A stretch of DNA of 64,000 bases from an uncultured Flavobacteriales bacterium (GTDB lineage Bacteria; Bacteroidota; Bacteroidia; Flavobacteriales_D; Parvicellaceae): assembly GCA_905480225.1 (NCBI GenBank), contig CAJQPO010000036.1:4423-68422 (forward strand), read 5' to 3'. This document shows, piece after piece, positions 9,867 to 20,988 of this stretch; position 1 is the first letter of the stretch, and each line of letters opens with the position of its first letter. The position numbers were made by a program, and so were the translations under genes. Under the pieces are notes generated by a model, which saw only the letters and a program-made list of their open reading frames with translations, did not search any database and was not told the DNA's origin.

Positions 9867-10583
9867 TTATTCTCCTTCGTTCGTTTCAAGCGCATCTTCC
9901 GAAACTGCAGCAGCTTCAGACGACTGTGTACTGTCTGCAATTTCTTCTGCAATGTTAGATGGATGAACTCCTCCATTCTGAAGCGCTTGCACATGTAAAA
10001 TAACCTGCCATCTTTCTTTTTTTGAAAGCTGCGAGGCGTGTGAGCCCATCATTCCCTTACCATGCGTTAGTGTATGAAACATTTTACCCACAGAAAGATC
10101 TTTAAGTGCACCATCATATGCTCCAGGTGCGGCATGGCCAGATTTGGCAACTACTGCGCCATCACCTTTTCCTTTTTCACCATGACAATGAACGCACATA
10201 AAACTATAAATTCGGGCTCCTTCTTTTAAATTTTCTTCAGTAGGACTGATTGGGTTAGCAATACTGTCCGCAGCATCATAGTCTTCAATCGGTCTGTTCA
10301 GCTCATAAGGCATATTAATAGCTGCAGCTGTAGAATCAGAATTAAATGGAATAGATCCGTGACCAGGTAGACGAGCTGACTGTAATTCCTTCAAGCTATC
10401 AACCGCATAATCTTTAATCATTCCATAATCTACATATGCTTCTATTGCAGGAGAACGATACATGTCTGGCGTATATTCATAACCTGCGCTATCCTCGCCT
10501 TTTGTACAAGATGCAACTGCTGCTACAAGCAAAACTGCTACCGTTATTATCCTGATCATTTTGTTCATTCTTAAGTTTTTCAC
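9867..10583 (-). CDS. actE: Alternative complex III monoheme cytochrome c subunit ActE (lipoprotein)
   Basis: Lipobox-like AAVASC, a single CVHCH heme motif, a downstream Met-rich segment (GKGMMGSH), and its operon position. Confidence 0.8.
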   Translation of the reverse strand: MKNLRMNKMIRIITVAVLLVAAVASCTKGEDSAGYEYTPDMYRSPAIEAYVDYGMIKDYAVDSLKELQSARLPGHGSIPFNSDSTAAAINMPYELNRPIEDYDAADSIANPISPTEENLKEGARIYSFMCVHCHGEKGKGDGAVVAKSGHAAPGAYDGALKDLSVGKMFHTLTHGKGMMGSHASQLSKKERWQVILHVQALQNGGVHPSNIAEEIADSTQSSEAAAVSEDALETNEGE

Positions 10584-10609
10584 AACTCAATGCTGTTTGT
10601 TGTATTCCT

Positions 10610-11152
10610 TTAACTTCCTTGAAGCTCTCTTTCCTCAATTTCTATTATGCCTGTTTCTTTAATCATGGCTTGTAATTCATCACCTGAAAATTGTGAATTC
10701 TCATTCACTCTAACCTCCATTACGAATTTATCATCCGTTGTTCTTGGGTCAGGATTTCTGGCCGGCATTCCAGGCAAAGTTTTATTCCGTAACAAATATG
10801 TAATTGCCATTCCATGAGCCGCACAAAGTACTGTGAACTCAAAGATTATTGGAATAAATGACGGTAAATTTTCCAGCATTGAAAAGCTAGGTTTTCCACC
10901 AATGTTCATCGGCCAATCCTGAATCATAAAGTAATTAATGGCTGTTATAGCCAAAGTAGTACCCGTTAATCCATAAAGGAATGCATTGATCCCAAGTCTA
11001 GTATGTTTTACCCCAATAATAGGGTCGATACCGTGGATTGGAAATGGAGAATATACATCAGCAACATGAACACCTTTTCCAACAAGCATTTTAGCTCCGT
11101 CTTTTAAGACGTCGTCGTCGTCGTACATTGCATATATTACCTTATCTGCCAT
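10610..11152 (-). CDS. actD: Alternative complex III subunit ActD (DUF3341-like)
   Basis: 180 aa, two central TM helices, and a position between the actC-like and actE-like genes. Confidence 0.75.
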   Translation of the reverse strand: MADKVIYAMYDDDDVLKDGAKMLVGKGVHVADVYSPFPIHGIDPIIGVKHTRLGINAFLYGLTGTTLAITAINYFMIQDWPMNIGGKPSFSMLENLPSFIPIIFEFTVLCAAHGMAITYLLRNKTLPGMPARNPDPRTTDDKFVMEVRVNENSQFSGDELQAMIKETGIIEIEERELQGS

Positions 11153-11207
11153 ATCTGTTTATAAATCTATATTCAATCTAGTTTTCATACAATATTTAGC
11201 AATTGCA

Positions 11208-12662
11208 TTAATCATTAGAGTCATTATTATCGTTCTCAGCATCACCTATTTCATCATGATGAGCCTGCTTATCCCAGTATCCTTCACCATATCCAAAGCC
11301 TTCCTTATAATTCTCTCCTGACGATTTCAGTATCGACTTTAATTCGTTCAATGCTAAAACAGGAAAGAACCTAGCAAATAACAAAAACAAGAAGAAGAAA
11401 ATTCCAATTGTACCAATAAATACACCTATATCGACCCATGTCGGGTGAAACATTGTCCACGAAGATGGGATATAATCTCTGTGTATAGAAGTTACAATAA
11501 TGACAAACCGCTCGAACCACATACCAATATTTACGACTAAAGAAAGCACAAAAGTAAAGGCTAAGTTTCTCCGCAACTTCTTAAACCAAAATAATTGAGG
11601 TGATATAACATTACATGTCATCATTGACCAATATGCCCACCAGTAAGGGCCCGTCGCTCTATTAATAAACGCATAAGCTTCGTATTCAACACCTGAATAC
11701 CACGAGATAAACAATTCCGTTATGTACGCAACCCCTACAATCGAACCAGTAACAATAATCACGATATTCATGTACTCGACATGTTTAACGTGTATATAAT
11801 TTTCTAAGTGCATCGCTTTTCTCATGATCAACAACAAGGTTAATACCATTGCAAAACCAGAGAATACCGCACCAGATACAAAGTATGGTGGGAATATTGT
11901 AGTGTGCCAACCTGGAACAATTGAGGTGGCAAAATCCATAGATACAATAGAATGCACAGAAAACACAAGTGGTGTGGCCAAACCTGCTAGTACCAATGAA
12001 ACTATCTCAAATCTGTTCCACGCCTTTGCGTTACCCGTCCAACCGAAGGACAAAATGGAATAAATTTTCTTAGCAACAGGTCGAGTTACTCTGTCTCTTA
12101 TTGTAGCGAAATCAGGAATTAAACCTATGTACCAAAATACCAACGACACTGAGAAGTATGTGGAGATAGCGAATACATCCCATAACAGCGGGGAATTAAA
12201 GTTTACCCATAAAGATCCAAATTGATTCGGAAGAGGGAATACCCAATATGCGACCCAAATTCTTCCCATGTGAATACCTGGAAATACAGCCGCCATCATT
12301 ACAGCAAAAATGGTCATTGCTTCCGCTGAACGGTTAATGGCCATTCTCCATTTTTGACGAAACAATAATAATACTGCAGAAATTAAGGTTCCAGCATGAC
12401 CTATTCCTACCCACCAAACAAAATTGGTGATGTCCCAAGCCCATCCTACCGTTTTATTTAGACCCCAAGTACCTATCCCTGTGCCAATCAAATATAGGAT
12501 ACATCCAATTCCCCACATTGCCACTAAACCAGCTATGGTAATCATTAAGTACCATGCCTTAGGAGCATCGTTTTCAATCGGCCTACATACATCTTCAGTG
12601 ATATCGTGGTACGATTTATCTCCTAAAATTAACGGTTCTCTGATCGATGCTTCTTTATGCAT
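11208..12662 (-). CDS. actC: Alternative complex III quinol-interacting membrane subunit ActC (NrfD/PsrC family)
   Basis: 484-aa polytopic membrane protein immediately downstream of the molybdopterin-like/FeS subunit. Confidence 0.85.
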   Translation of the reverse strand: MHKEASIREPLILGDKSYHDITEDVCRPIENDAPKAWYLMITIAGLVAMWGIGCILYLIGTGIGTWGLNKTVGWAWDITNFVWWVGIGHAGTLISAVLLLFRQKWRMAINRSAEAMTIFAVMMAAVFPGIHMGRIWVAYWVFPLPNQFGSLWVNFNSPLLWDVFAISTYFSVSLVFWYIGLIPDFATIRDRVTRPVAKKIYSILSFGWTGNAKAWNRFEIVSLVLAGLATPLVFSVHSIVSMDFATSIVPGWHTTIFPPYFVSGAVFSGFAMVLTLLLIMRKAMHLENYIHVKHVEYMNIVIIVTGSIVGVAYITELFISWYSGVEYEAYAFINRATGPYWWAYWSMMTCNVISPQLFWFKKLRRNLAFTFVLSLVVNIGMWFERFVIIVTSIHRDYIPSSWTMFHPTWVDIGVFIGTIGIFFFLFLLFARFFPVLALNELKSILKSSGENYKEGFGYGEGYWDKQAHHDEIGDAENDNNDSND

Positions 12663-12683
12663 TCTTATCGTGTTTTAATCTTC

Positions 12684-15600
12684 TTAGTGTGCGGTGTGCT
12701 CTGTTTCGTGATCACTTGCATGATCGTCATTTGTCGCCATCGCTTGTTCTTCAATATTTCTAACCTTAACCTTATACCATACATTTGGCTTTACGCCAAC
12801 TTCTTCAAGTGATTGATACGCTCTATCAGATTCAGAACTTTTTCTAATCGCTGAATCCTTATCGTTCCAATCTCCAAAAGTAATTGCATTTACTGGACAT
12901 GCTTCAGCACAAGCAGATGTAACATCTCCATCTTGCACAGGTCTTCCAGCTTTTTTAGCAACTAATTTCCCTTCCTGTATTTTCTGCACACAGAAACTAC
13001 ATTTTTCCATCACACCTCTTGATCTAACTACAACGTCAGGATTCAGAACCATTCTTCCAATCTCCTGTTGTGCAGGGTTTGTTTCATTGAACTTCTTATA
13101 TCCTTGGTAATTAAACCAATTAAATCTTCTTACTTTATATGGGCAGTTATTTGCACAGTATCTTGTGCCAATACATCTATTGTAAGTCATTTGATTTAGA
13201 CCTTCATTAGAATGTGTAGTTGCTGCTACGGGACAAACCGTTTCACAAGGAGCATGATTACAGTGCTGACACATCATTGGCATATACACTACTGACGGAC
13301 TAGCCTCTGAAATTTCCATTTGATGATAGTCAAATGTGTTTTTCGTTGGATCTTTCTCCCAAGCATTTCTATCGCTATCACCAACTGAGGAAAAATACCT
13401 GTCGATTCGGAGCCAATGCATGTCTCTCGACCTTCTAATCTCATCTTTACCTACAACCGGCACATTGTTTTCTGCAACGCAAGAAACCAAACATGATCCG
13501 CAACCCATACAAGAAGTTAAATCAACAGACATACCCCATCTATGACCTACATTTTCTACAGGATGAGAATCCCACAAATCCGCTTCTTCAACAGGCAGCA
13601 TTTGATGCTTACCATCCTTAATCATTGACAATTCATGAGGAGGATTGTAAGCAGAAGAATCTGCATTCAAGTATGTATCTAGCGTAGTCTCTTTTACAAC
13701 GGACTCTCTACCCATCACCGTGTGATGCGTTTGAGCACAAGCAAGCTGATAAGTTTCTGTTTCAGCAACAATCGTCGCCGACATTCCCGCTAAAGTCATG
13801 GTTCCATTTTGCCATCCGCAAAGTGGAAACGCATTTTTACCAATTGGTATTAGATTACCTGCGTCATCTGTTTCATGTCCGCCATAATTCCCTGTACAAT
13901 AAGCGGCTTTTCCAATAACGGCAGTTGAGCCTCCATTAGCACCTCTTCCGTAACCCATTGCAATCCCAATGGTTCCTGATGCTTGTCCAGGCATTGGAAA
14001 AACAGGTAATTTAACACTTTGTTCTCCAACCGTAACAGTAACTACATTCGCAGGTGAATCTTCACCTAAATAAAGTGCATTCCAAGCATTATAATCTTTT
14101 ATCTCTTCCCCATTTTCTGCTAAACTAGCTTCAGAAAGACTCCCTGGGAACATTTCCAAAACATCGGCAGGTGCCATAGTAACATAATTGTCCCAAGAGA
14201 CTTTTGACAGAGGATCTGGCATTTCTTGCAACCAAGGATTTGCAGCATCTTTCCCAGTACCGATACCTGCTTTTTGATATACAATTAGTTCAACAGGACT
14301 CATCTCCATATTGGCTACTGCTGCAACCGCTACACCAACATCTCCACTGAATACTGGAACTTCAGCACTTGGCATTCCTTGCGCTTCTGTTGAACCATTG
14401 TGCACAGCCCAATTCCAATAATCATTAAATGCGGCATATTCTGTTTGTCTCGAGAATCCATACTCTTCCCAGACACTCTTCAAAAAGTCGTAACAAACGG
14501 TACTGTCTTTTGTAGCACTTCTAGTTGCTTCTCCAGCCCATACCAAAATAGACTCTTGCGCTTGTCTCGTGTCATAAAGTGGGCGAATTACTGGCTGACC
14601 TAAACTGTAATGACCTGTTTTTGGATTGTAATCATTCCATGATTCCAGGTAATTATTATCCGGGCAAACATACTGACAAGCACTTGCTGTTTCATCTTCA
14701 TATTGCGACAATGAAACGGATAACTCACAATTTCTGATTGCATTTTCCCAATCAGATCCATTCGACATTGAATAAACCGGATTTGTATCGTAAAAAATAA
14801 TCGCGTCGACACTTCCCGATGCTAATTCGTCAGACAATTGCTTAATTGCAGCATCATCATTTCTACCAAGCTCCACTTTTTTACTTACGTCTATCGTTTC
14901 GCCATAGCTACCCAATTTGTTATTGATAGCATTTACTATCAATTGAATGTTTTTATCATTAGATCCAGATACAACTAATGCACTCGACCCTGCAGCTTTA
15001 AGATCCGAAGCAACCTGTTCGCAATAAGTTCCAAGAACCCCCTCAGCAGCTTTACCAGCACCACCTATTGCATGTAGAATTCCAGCAGCGACGGCACCCT
15101 CTTGCGATGGCTTAATCCTGACCCTTTGGTCGGCATTAGAACCTGTCTGTGACATAATAGATTCAAATTGCCAGTGCTTTGACATCCATCCAGACTCTGG
15201 TTTTCTTGTCGAGCCATATTGACCTAAGTATTCTGTACTTAACAACCAACCGTTTAAGAAATCACAACCAATTCCAACGATTACTTTTGCTTTTGAAAAG
15301 TCGTAGCTAGGAATAAAATCATCTCCGAAAGAAGCTTTATTGGCTTGCCTCATTCCGCTGTACGAAACTTCATCCAGTACAACATGCTTAATATCAGGAC
15401 TGCTAACTTCTTCTGAAGAATCACTAGTGTCAACGATTGGAAGTGCTTCATCTAGCACTTGAACATCTTCGTTTATCGGCCCCATTGGGAAAGGCTCATT
15501 TCCTCCGTACTTAGCAGAAAATGCGTTTATAGCGATTTTCGTAGAAGGCGAAATGATTGACCTTGAAACCAACCGTATAGTACCTCCTTTTGACGCAATG

Positions 15601-16133
15601 GAAGTAAGCTTTGTACTAATTTCCGCATCCACATCAGACCATGAAACCGCAACACAACCTGTTTCACCATGCTTGTGTGGCTCTTGTAATCTCGCTTCGT
15701 TATATAAAGAAAGAACTGAACCAATAATTCTAGGCGTAGTTGCAACACCATTGATTCCGTAATTTTTATTTCCTTTAATAAGGATGGGTCTACCTTCCCT
15801 CGTTTTAATTAAAACAGATCCGTAATCGTTACCATCATAGTATGTTGAAGCATACCAATTCGCGATTCCTGGTGTAATTTCTTCTGGTTTGTTCACATAC
15901 GGAACAGACTTTATGACTGGTTTCTCGCACGCAGCTAATGATGCAGCAGCAACACTAAACCCTAAGAACTTCAGAAAGTCTCGTCTGTCCGTTTTAAATG
16001 CAGCTGATTTCTCACTACCAATAAACTCCTCTACAGAAAGTTCTGCAGGAAATTCATTATCTCTTCGTTCTACGAACTGAGGGGTTTCCTTCAGTTCATC
16101 AAAACCTTTCCAATATTTCTTGTTTGTTGCCAT
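12684..16133 (-). CDS. actB: Alternative complex III subunit ActB (Tat-exported molybdopterin-oxidoreductase-like domain fused to a 4Fe-4S ferredoxin domain)
   Basis: Twin-arginine signal (TDRRDFLKFLGFSVAAASLAAC) and a C-terminal half with multiple Cys clusters (CMGCGSCLVSC, CQHCNHAPCETVCP, CIGTRYCANNCPY, CAEACP). 1149 aa. Confidence 0.9.
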   Translation of the reverse strand: MATNKKYWKGFDELKETPQFVERRDNEFPAELSVEEFIGSEKSAAFKTDRRDFLKFLGFSVAAASLAACEKPVIKSVPYVNKPEEITPGIANWYASTYYDGNDYGSVLIKTREGRPILIKGNKNYGINGVATTPRIIGSVLSLYNEARLQEPHKHGETGCVAVSWSDVDAEISTKLTSIASKGGTIRLVSRSIISPSTKIAINAFSAKYGGNEPFPMGPINEDVQVLDEALPIVDTSDSSEEVSSPDIKHVVLDEVSYSGMRQANKASFGDDFIPSYDFSKAKVIVGIGCDFLNGWLLSTEYLGQYGSTRKPESGWMSKHWQFESIMSQTGSNADQRVRIKPSQEGAVAAGILHAIGGAGKAAEGVLGTYCEQVASDLKAAGSSALVVSGSNDKNIQLIVNAINNKLGSYGETIDVSKKVELGRNDDAAIKQLSDELASGSVDAIIFYDTNPVYSMSNGSDWENAIRNCELSVSLSQYEDETASACQYVCPDNNYLESWNDYNPKTGHYSLGQPVIRPLYDTRQAQESILVWAGEATRSATKDSTVCYDFLKSVWEEYGFSRQTEYAAFNDYWNWAVHNGSTEAQGMPSAEVPVFSGDVGVAVAAVANMEMSPVELIVYQKAGIGTGKDAANPWLQEMPDPLSKVSWDNYVTMAPADVLEMFPGSLSEASLAENGEEIKDYNAWNALYLGEDSPANVVTVTVGEQSVKLPVFPMPGQASGTIGIAMGYGRGANGGSTAVIGKAAYCTGNYGGHETDDAGNLIPIGKNAFPLCGWQNGTMTLAGMSATIVAETETYQLACAQTHHTVMGRESVVKETTLDTYLNADSSAYNPPHELSMIKDGKHQMLPVEEADLWDSHPVENVGHRWGMSVDLTSCMGCGSCLVSCVAENNVPVVGKDEIRRSRDMHWLRIDRYFSSVGDSDRNAWEKDPTKNTFDYHQMEISEASPSVVYMPMMCQHCNHAPCETVCPVAATTHSNEGLNQMTYNRCIGTRYCANNCPYKVRRFNWFNYQGYKKFNETNPAQQEIGRMVLNPDVVVRSRGVMEKCSFCVQKIQEGKLVAKKAGRPVQDGDVTSACAEACPVNAITFGDWNDKDSAIRKSSESDRAYQSLEEVGVKPNVWYKVKVRNIEEQAMATNDDHASDHETEHTAH

Positions 16134-16153
16134 GGCCTACTCTTCCAAATAGA

Positions 16154-17503
16154 TTAATAGTGACATTTTGCACATTCCCAACCACCGAGCTCTCGAACGG
16201 TAATTTTGTCGTCACCCTTGAATTGTTTCAGCAATTCTGGATTACTTTTAAGTCGTGCGTGAATTTCATTATAATAATCGTTTTTCTCTATGTCCACACC
16301 GGTTTCGTTGTGACACTCTATACACCATCCCATTGTTAAAACGGGCTTAGTGAGTTTCGTCACACCTTCCAATTTATTAATCTCATCTACACTTGCAACC
16401 TTACCTCCGTCATATGTTTGGACATCTCCGTGGCATTGGATACAATCAATACCTCCTACCTTTACGTGTTGCGAATGATTAAAATATACGTGATCGGGTA
16501 AATTGTGAACTTTGTTCCACACAATAGGATGACCAACACTTTCGCCGTTCTCATCTAATTGATACGAATTCGATTCAGGGTCGTAACCTGCTGCCTCATG
16601 TATTTTACCAATTTCTTCTCCCTTAAAATAAGTTCCCTCTTGAATACTTCTGTGGCAATTCATACAAATATTAACAGAAGGTATGCTTGCATGTTTTGAT
16701 TTTTCCACGCTACTGTGGCAATACTTGCAATCAATCTCATTCTTACAAGCATGAATAATGTGGGAGAATTTTACAGGCTGAGAAGGCATATATCCTTCAT
16801 TGACATCTATTTGACCAGCTCGCCACCCCAAATCTGCTAGACCTACCAATATAACAATGATTGTAATGAGACCCACTAAAACTTTGTTTTTCCAAAGCCA
16901 ATCTTTAAGTAATTCTAAATAAGTTTGATCGTCATCTGTTTCAAATTCATCAGAGACTTCTTTCAACTTCCTATTTACACCTGCAATAGCGAAGATTACA
17001 AAAGCAAGGATAACAGCTATCACTAACAACATTTTCCATCTACCACTACCTTCTTTTACCTCTATTAAATAAGGTGTCGCACACCCATCATCTCCAGCAG
17101 CCTTTGGCGCTTCAACAAAACTTTCAACGTATGCAAAAATATTATCTATTTCCTGGTCATTGACAGCCTGAGGAGTCATGACACTGGGATCGTAGCTTTC
17201 AAGTTCTTTCGCTCTTGCCGATTCTCCAGAGCTGATTAATGCCCCTGCATTTTTGACCCAGCGGTAAAGAAGCTCTCCCTCACCTGCGTCTGCCCAACGT
17301 TGCACTGCACCTTTTAACGCAGGACCAACTTGCCTTTTAAGCGGATGGTGACAAGACGCACAATTGTTTTTAAACAACGCCGCACCTGCCTCAGCATCAC
17401 CCTCAACAGCAAAAGACCAACTTGAACCCAAGAATAGTGGAAAAATTACAAGGGCTAAAACTACCCAATTACCTCTGAAAGGTTTACGAATGTATATCTT
17501 CAT
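16154..17503 (-). CDS. actA: Alternative complex III multiheme cytochrome c subunit ActA with an extra N-terminal monoheme domain
   Basis: Six CXXCH motifs (CASCH, CKYCH, CMNCH, CIQCH, CIECH, CAKCH) and two internal TM helices. It is the first gene of the operon. Confidence 0.85.
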   Translation of the reverse strand: MKIYIRKPFRGNWVVLALVIFPLFLGSSWSFAVEGDAEAGAALFKNNCASCHHPLKRQVGPALKGAVQRWADAGEGELLYRWVKNAGALISSGESARAKELESYDPSVMTPQAVNDQEIDNIFAYVESFVEAPKAAGDDGCATPYLIEVKEGSGRWKMLLVIAVILAFVIFAIAGVNRKLKEVSDEFETDDDQTYLELLKDWLWKNKVLVGLITIIVILVGLADLGWRAGQIDVNEGYMPSQPVKFSHIIHACKNEIDCKYCHSSVEKSKHASIPSVNICMNCHRSIQEGTYFKGEEIGKIHEAAGYDPESNSYQLDENGESVGHPIVWNKVHNLPDHVYFNHSQHVKVGGIDCIQCHGDVQTYDGGKVASVDEINKLEGVTKLTKPVLTMGWCIECHNETGVDIEKNDYYNEIHARLKSNPELLKQFKGDDKITVRELGGWECAKCHY

Positions 17504-17757
17504 CTTCCGTTCTTTGTTAACGAATCCTCAACAATTTGGTCACAAAAATAACAGAGATTGTATAGCCTGAGTGGAAAATGTCATGAAATTGTCAGACAGT
17601 TATTCAATTTATAATGATTCTAAATAAAGGATTGGGAAGTTATTGTCCTTTTAAGGGACAAAAATAAAACCAGTTCGTCAATTAAATGGGGAAAACTCTC
17701 GGCACGATTTATGACATAATGATTCAATTGACTACTTTTGATTCCATAAGGTTATCT

Positions 17758-18234
17758 ATGAAAACTACAATTGTATTGTTGGCCGTCATGTTCGCGTTAG
17801 AATCTTTTGCCCAAGAAGCTTGGACGCTATATCGCCCAGTAGATTCGACAACAGAAGCAACAACTGACACTATTAAAATCGACACCATTTATGCGCTAGA
17901 CTTTTCCAATACTGGCGTAGTCAACGTTTACAAGGATAGCCGAATTGATTCGATTACGTCATTAAAAAAAGGAAATATAAATCTATCTAAGCCCGGGTAT
18001 CGCGTTCAAATTTTACTCAGTCACAAAAAAAATGAAGTCAATACAAAGCGGGCTGAATTTTTGCGCTATTATGATGAGCACAACGCGCATATTATTTGGC
18101 AACAACCTAACTTCAGTCTAAAAGTTGGTGATTTTTATACGAGACAACAAGCTGTTGAATTTAAATACGAAATCGTAAAGCACTTTCCAGCTGCCATTGT
18201 GGTAAAAGATAATATAATTCTACCCAAACTATAG
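17758..18234 (+). CDS. SPOR domain-containing protein
   Basis: The start is reassigned to the ATG at 17758 (MKTTIVLLAVMFALESFAQ signal peptide). The C-terminal GYRVQILLSH...LKVGDFYTRQQA segment is SPOR-like. Confidence 0.7.
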   Translation: MKTTIVLLAVMFALESFAQEAWTLYRPVDSTTEATTDTIKIDTIYALDFSNTGVVNVYKDSRIDSITSLKKGNINLSKPGYRVQILLSHKKNEVNTKRAEFLRYYDEHNAHIIWQQPNFSLKVGDFYTRQQAVEFKYEIVKHFPAAIVVKDNIILPKL

Positions 18235-18316
18235 GATTGAAAAACGCCGGTAGCAGAATTCAAAAGGATTCTTCATTTTACAAAAGTAAACCCAGAAACT
18301 GGATCAACTGAACTTA

Positions 18317-20902
18317 TTACTTTAGCTTTCTAGCAACCTCAACTTGCTCGTATGCTTCAATAATATCGCCTTCTTTTATGTCATTAAACTTGTCAATATT
18401 CAAACCACATTCATAACCGTGTTTGACTTCTTTAACATCGTCTTTGAAACGTTTTAATGAACCAAGAGCGCCAGTATAAATAACAATACCTTCTCGGATA
18501 AGCCGTATTTGCGAATTTCTGGTTATTTGACCTTCAACTACAAAGCATCCAGCAATAGTACCAACTTTAGATATTTTAAAGGTTTCTCTAACTTCGACTG
18601 AACCAGTAATACTCTCCTCAATATCTGGTGAAAGCATACCTTCCATCGCGTCTTTGATTTCTTCGATTGCTTTATAAATAACGGAATACAATCTAATATC
18701 AATCTCTTCTTTTTCGGCAATCTTTCTTGCCTGCGCCGAAGGCCTTACCTGGAATCCTATAATAATTGCATCGGATGCAGTTGCCAACAATACATCTGAT
18801 TCTGTAATCTGACCAATCGCTTTGTGTATAATATTAACTTGAATTTGCTCAGTACCTAATTTAATCAATGAATCTGATAAGGCCTCAATTGATCCATCAA
18901 CATCTCCTTTTACAATAAGATTTAATTCTTTGAAATCTCCAATTGCGAGACGTCTTCCGATCTCATCCAAAGTAATGTGCTTGGTTGTTCTAATACCTTG
19001 TTCGCGCTGCAATTGCTGACGTCTTGTAGCAATTCCTTTTGCTTCCTTTTCATCTGCCATAACATTGAAACGGTCACCTGCAGAGGACGGGCCATTCATA
19101 CCTAATAGCGATACCGGGTAAGATGGCAGAACTTCTTCTAGCAATTCACCTTTCTCATTATGCATTGCTTTCACCTTACCCATTTGAGTTCCTGCAACCA
19201 AAACATCACCGACATGTAAAGTTCCTGCCTCCACTAATAAAGTAGTGACATAACCCCTACCTTTATCAAGCGTAGACTCTATTACTGTACCAACTGCTTT
19301 TTTCTTCGGGTTGGCCTTAAGTTCTAACAATTCGGCTTCTAAAAGTACTTTTTCAAGCAAGTCATCAACACCTTGACCAGTTTTTGCTGACACCTCTTGA
19401 CTTTGAAACTTTCCACCCCAGTCTTCAACTAAAATGTTCATCGCAGATAATTGCTCTCTAATTCTATCCGGATTAGATGCCTCTCGGTCGCATTTATTAA
19501 ACGCAAAAACCATGGGCACACCTGCCGCCTGCGCGTGATTAATTGCCTCTTTCGTTTGTGGCATTACCTCATCATCCGCAGCAATAATGATTATTGCAAT
19601 ATCTGTAACCTGTGCACCTCTTGCCCGCATTGCTGTAAACGCTTCGTGCCCAGGGGTATCCAAAAATGTAATTCTACGCCCAGATTCTCCCTGTACGTTG
19701 TAAGCTCCGATGTGTTGAGTAATTCCTCCAGCCTCTCCTTCAGTAACCTTAGCGTCTCTAATAAAATCCAATAATGAAGTTTTACCATGATCTACATGCC
19801 CCATCACCGTTACAATTGGACATCTTGGTTCCAAATCTGCAACATCGTCTTCTTCCTCTTCAATCGTTTCTTGAACATCTGCGCCCACAAATTCAACACT
19901 GTATCCGAACTCTTCAGCCACCATAGTTAAAGTTTCAGCATCCAACCGTTGATTGATAGATGCAAAAATTCCTATAGACATTAGCGTTGAAATAATATCA
20001 GTAGGACTTTTATCCATCATCGTTGCCAGCTCCGAAACCGTAACAAACTCAGTAACCTTGAGTGTTGCATCTTCGAATTGCTGAATCATCATTTCCTCTT
20101 CTCGCTTTTCAGCATGAGCATCTCGCTTTGCTCTTCTTTGCTTAACCGATTTAGACTTTCCTTTACCACTCAAACGGGCTAGTGTATCCTTAATTTCTTT
20201 TTGGATTTCCTCTTGTGAAACTTCGTTTTTCTGCTGATCTTTCCGAGTAGTTTTTCTAACTTGTTTTGCAACGTTAGCCCCCGTTTTTTCAATATTAACT
20301 TTTTTGATTCGCTTTCTTTTGCGCTTATTGGCATCGTTGTCCTTCTTCGGTTTTTCTTTCTCAACAGGCAACTCGATTTTACCTAAGACTGTTGGCCCCG
20401 AAAGTTTTACTTTTTGAACTTTTATGGTCTCAATTGGCTTATCCGCTTCTTCCACCTCAGGCGCTTTTTCAGCTTCAACTTTTACTTCTTTAACTGCTTC
20501 CTTCGGTTTAGGTGGTTCTACTTTGGGCTCCTCTTCCTTTTTTACTGGTCGAGTCGAACTCTCTACTTTGTCTAGATCAATTTTACCAACAACTGATGGC
20601 TTTACGATTTTTTCTTCCGGTTTAGGAACTTCAACTTTAACGGTTTCAACAACTTCCTCAGCACGGTCAATCGTAATTGTTTTGCGCTCCTCTTTTTTCT
20701 GGCGACTTGCTTCTTCTGCTTTTTCCTTCGCACCTCTGTCTGCTTGAAATTCATCAAGTAGCATTTCGTAAACTGCGGGCTCCAACTTTGTATTAGGGCT
20801 CGTGTCAATATCCTGTCCTTGATCTGCAAGAAATTCCACAATTGTGCTGATACCAACATTCAACTCTCGTGCTACTTTGCTTAACCTTTTTGGTGCTGCC
20901 AT
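18317..20902 (-). CDS. infB: Translation initiation factor IF-2
   Basis: G-domain motifs [20 protein letters not shown] and NKCD, plus a Lys/Glu-rich N-terminal region. 861 aa, downstream of nusA. Confidence 0.95.
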   Translation of the reverse strand: MAAPKRLSKVARELNVGISTIVEFLADQGQDIDTSPNTKLEPAVYEMLLDEFQADRGAKEKAEEASRQKKEERKTITIDRAEEVVETVKVEVPKPEEKIVKPSVVGKIDLDKVESSTRPVKKEEEPKVEPPKPKEAVKEVKVEAEKAPEVEEADKPIETIKVQKVKLSGPTVLGKIELPVEKEKPKKDNDANKRKRKRIKKVNIEKTGANVAKQVRKTTRKDQQKNEVSQEEIQKEIKDTLARLSGKGKSKSVKQRRAKRDAHAEKREEEMMIQQFEDATLKVTEFVTVSELATMMDKSPTDIISTLMSIGIFASINQRLDAETLTMVAEEFGYSVEFVGADVQETIEEEEDDVADLEPRCPIVTVMGHVDHGKTSLLDFIRDAKVTEGEAGGITQHIGAYNVQGESGRRITFLDTPGHEAFTAMRARGAQVTDIAIIIIAADDEVMPQTKEAINHAQAAGVPMVFAFNKCDREASNPDRIREQLSAMNILVEDWGGKFQSQEVSAKTGQGVDDLLEKVLLEAELLELKANPKKKAVGTVIESTLDKGRGYVTTLLVEAGTLHVGDVLVAGTQMGKVKAMHNEKGELLEEVLPSYPVSLLGMNGPSSAGDRFNVMADEKEAKGIATRRQQLQREQGIRTTKHITLDEIGRRLAIGDFKELNLIVKGDVDGSIEALSDSLIKLGTEQIQVNIIHKAIGQITESDVLLATASDAIIIGFQVRPSAQARKIAEKEEIDIRLYSVIYKAIEEIKDAMEGMLSPDIEESITGSVEVRETFKISKVGTIAGCFVVEGQITRNSQIRLIREGIVIYTGALGSLKRFKDDVKEVKHGYECGLNIDKFNDIKEGDIIEAYEQVEVARKLK

Positions 20903-20988
20903 AAATAATAATTGTCGACTAAATTAATAATCATTGGGCTACTTTTCAATTTTTAGTAGCTAATATTGAGCGGAATGTCCGCCATTTT

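Noticed and set aside
20179-20859. Overlapping ORFs in and opposite the 5' part of infB (20424..20747 +, 20602..20859 -, 20179..20364 -)
   Set aside because: They are a by-product of the low-complexity Lys/Glu/Pro-rich N-terminal region of IF-2, and their translations are low-complexity Ser/Thr or Lys/Arg strings.
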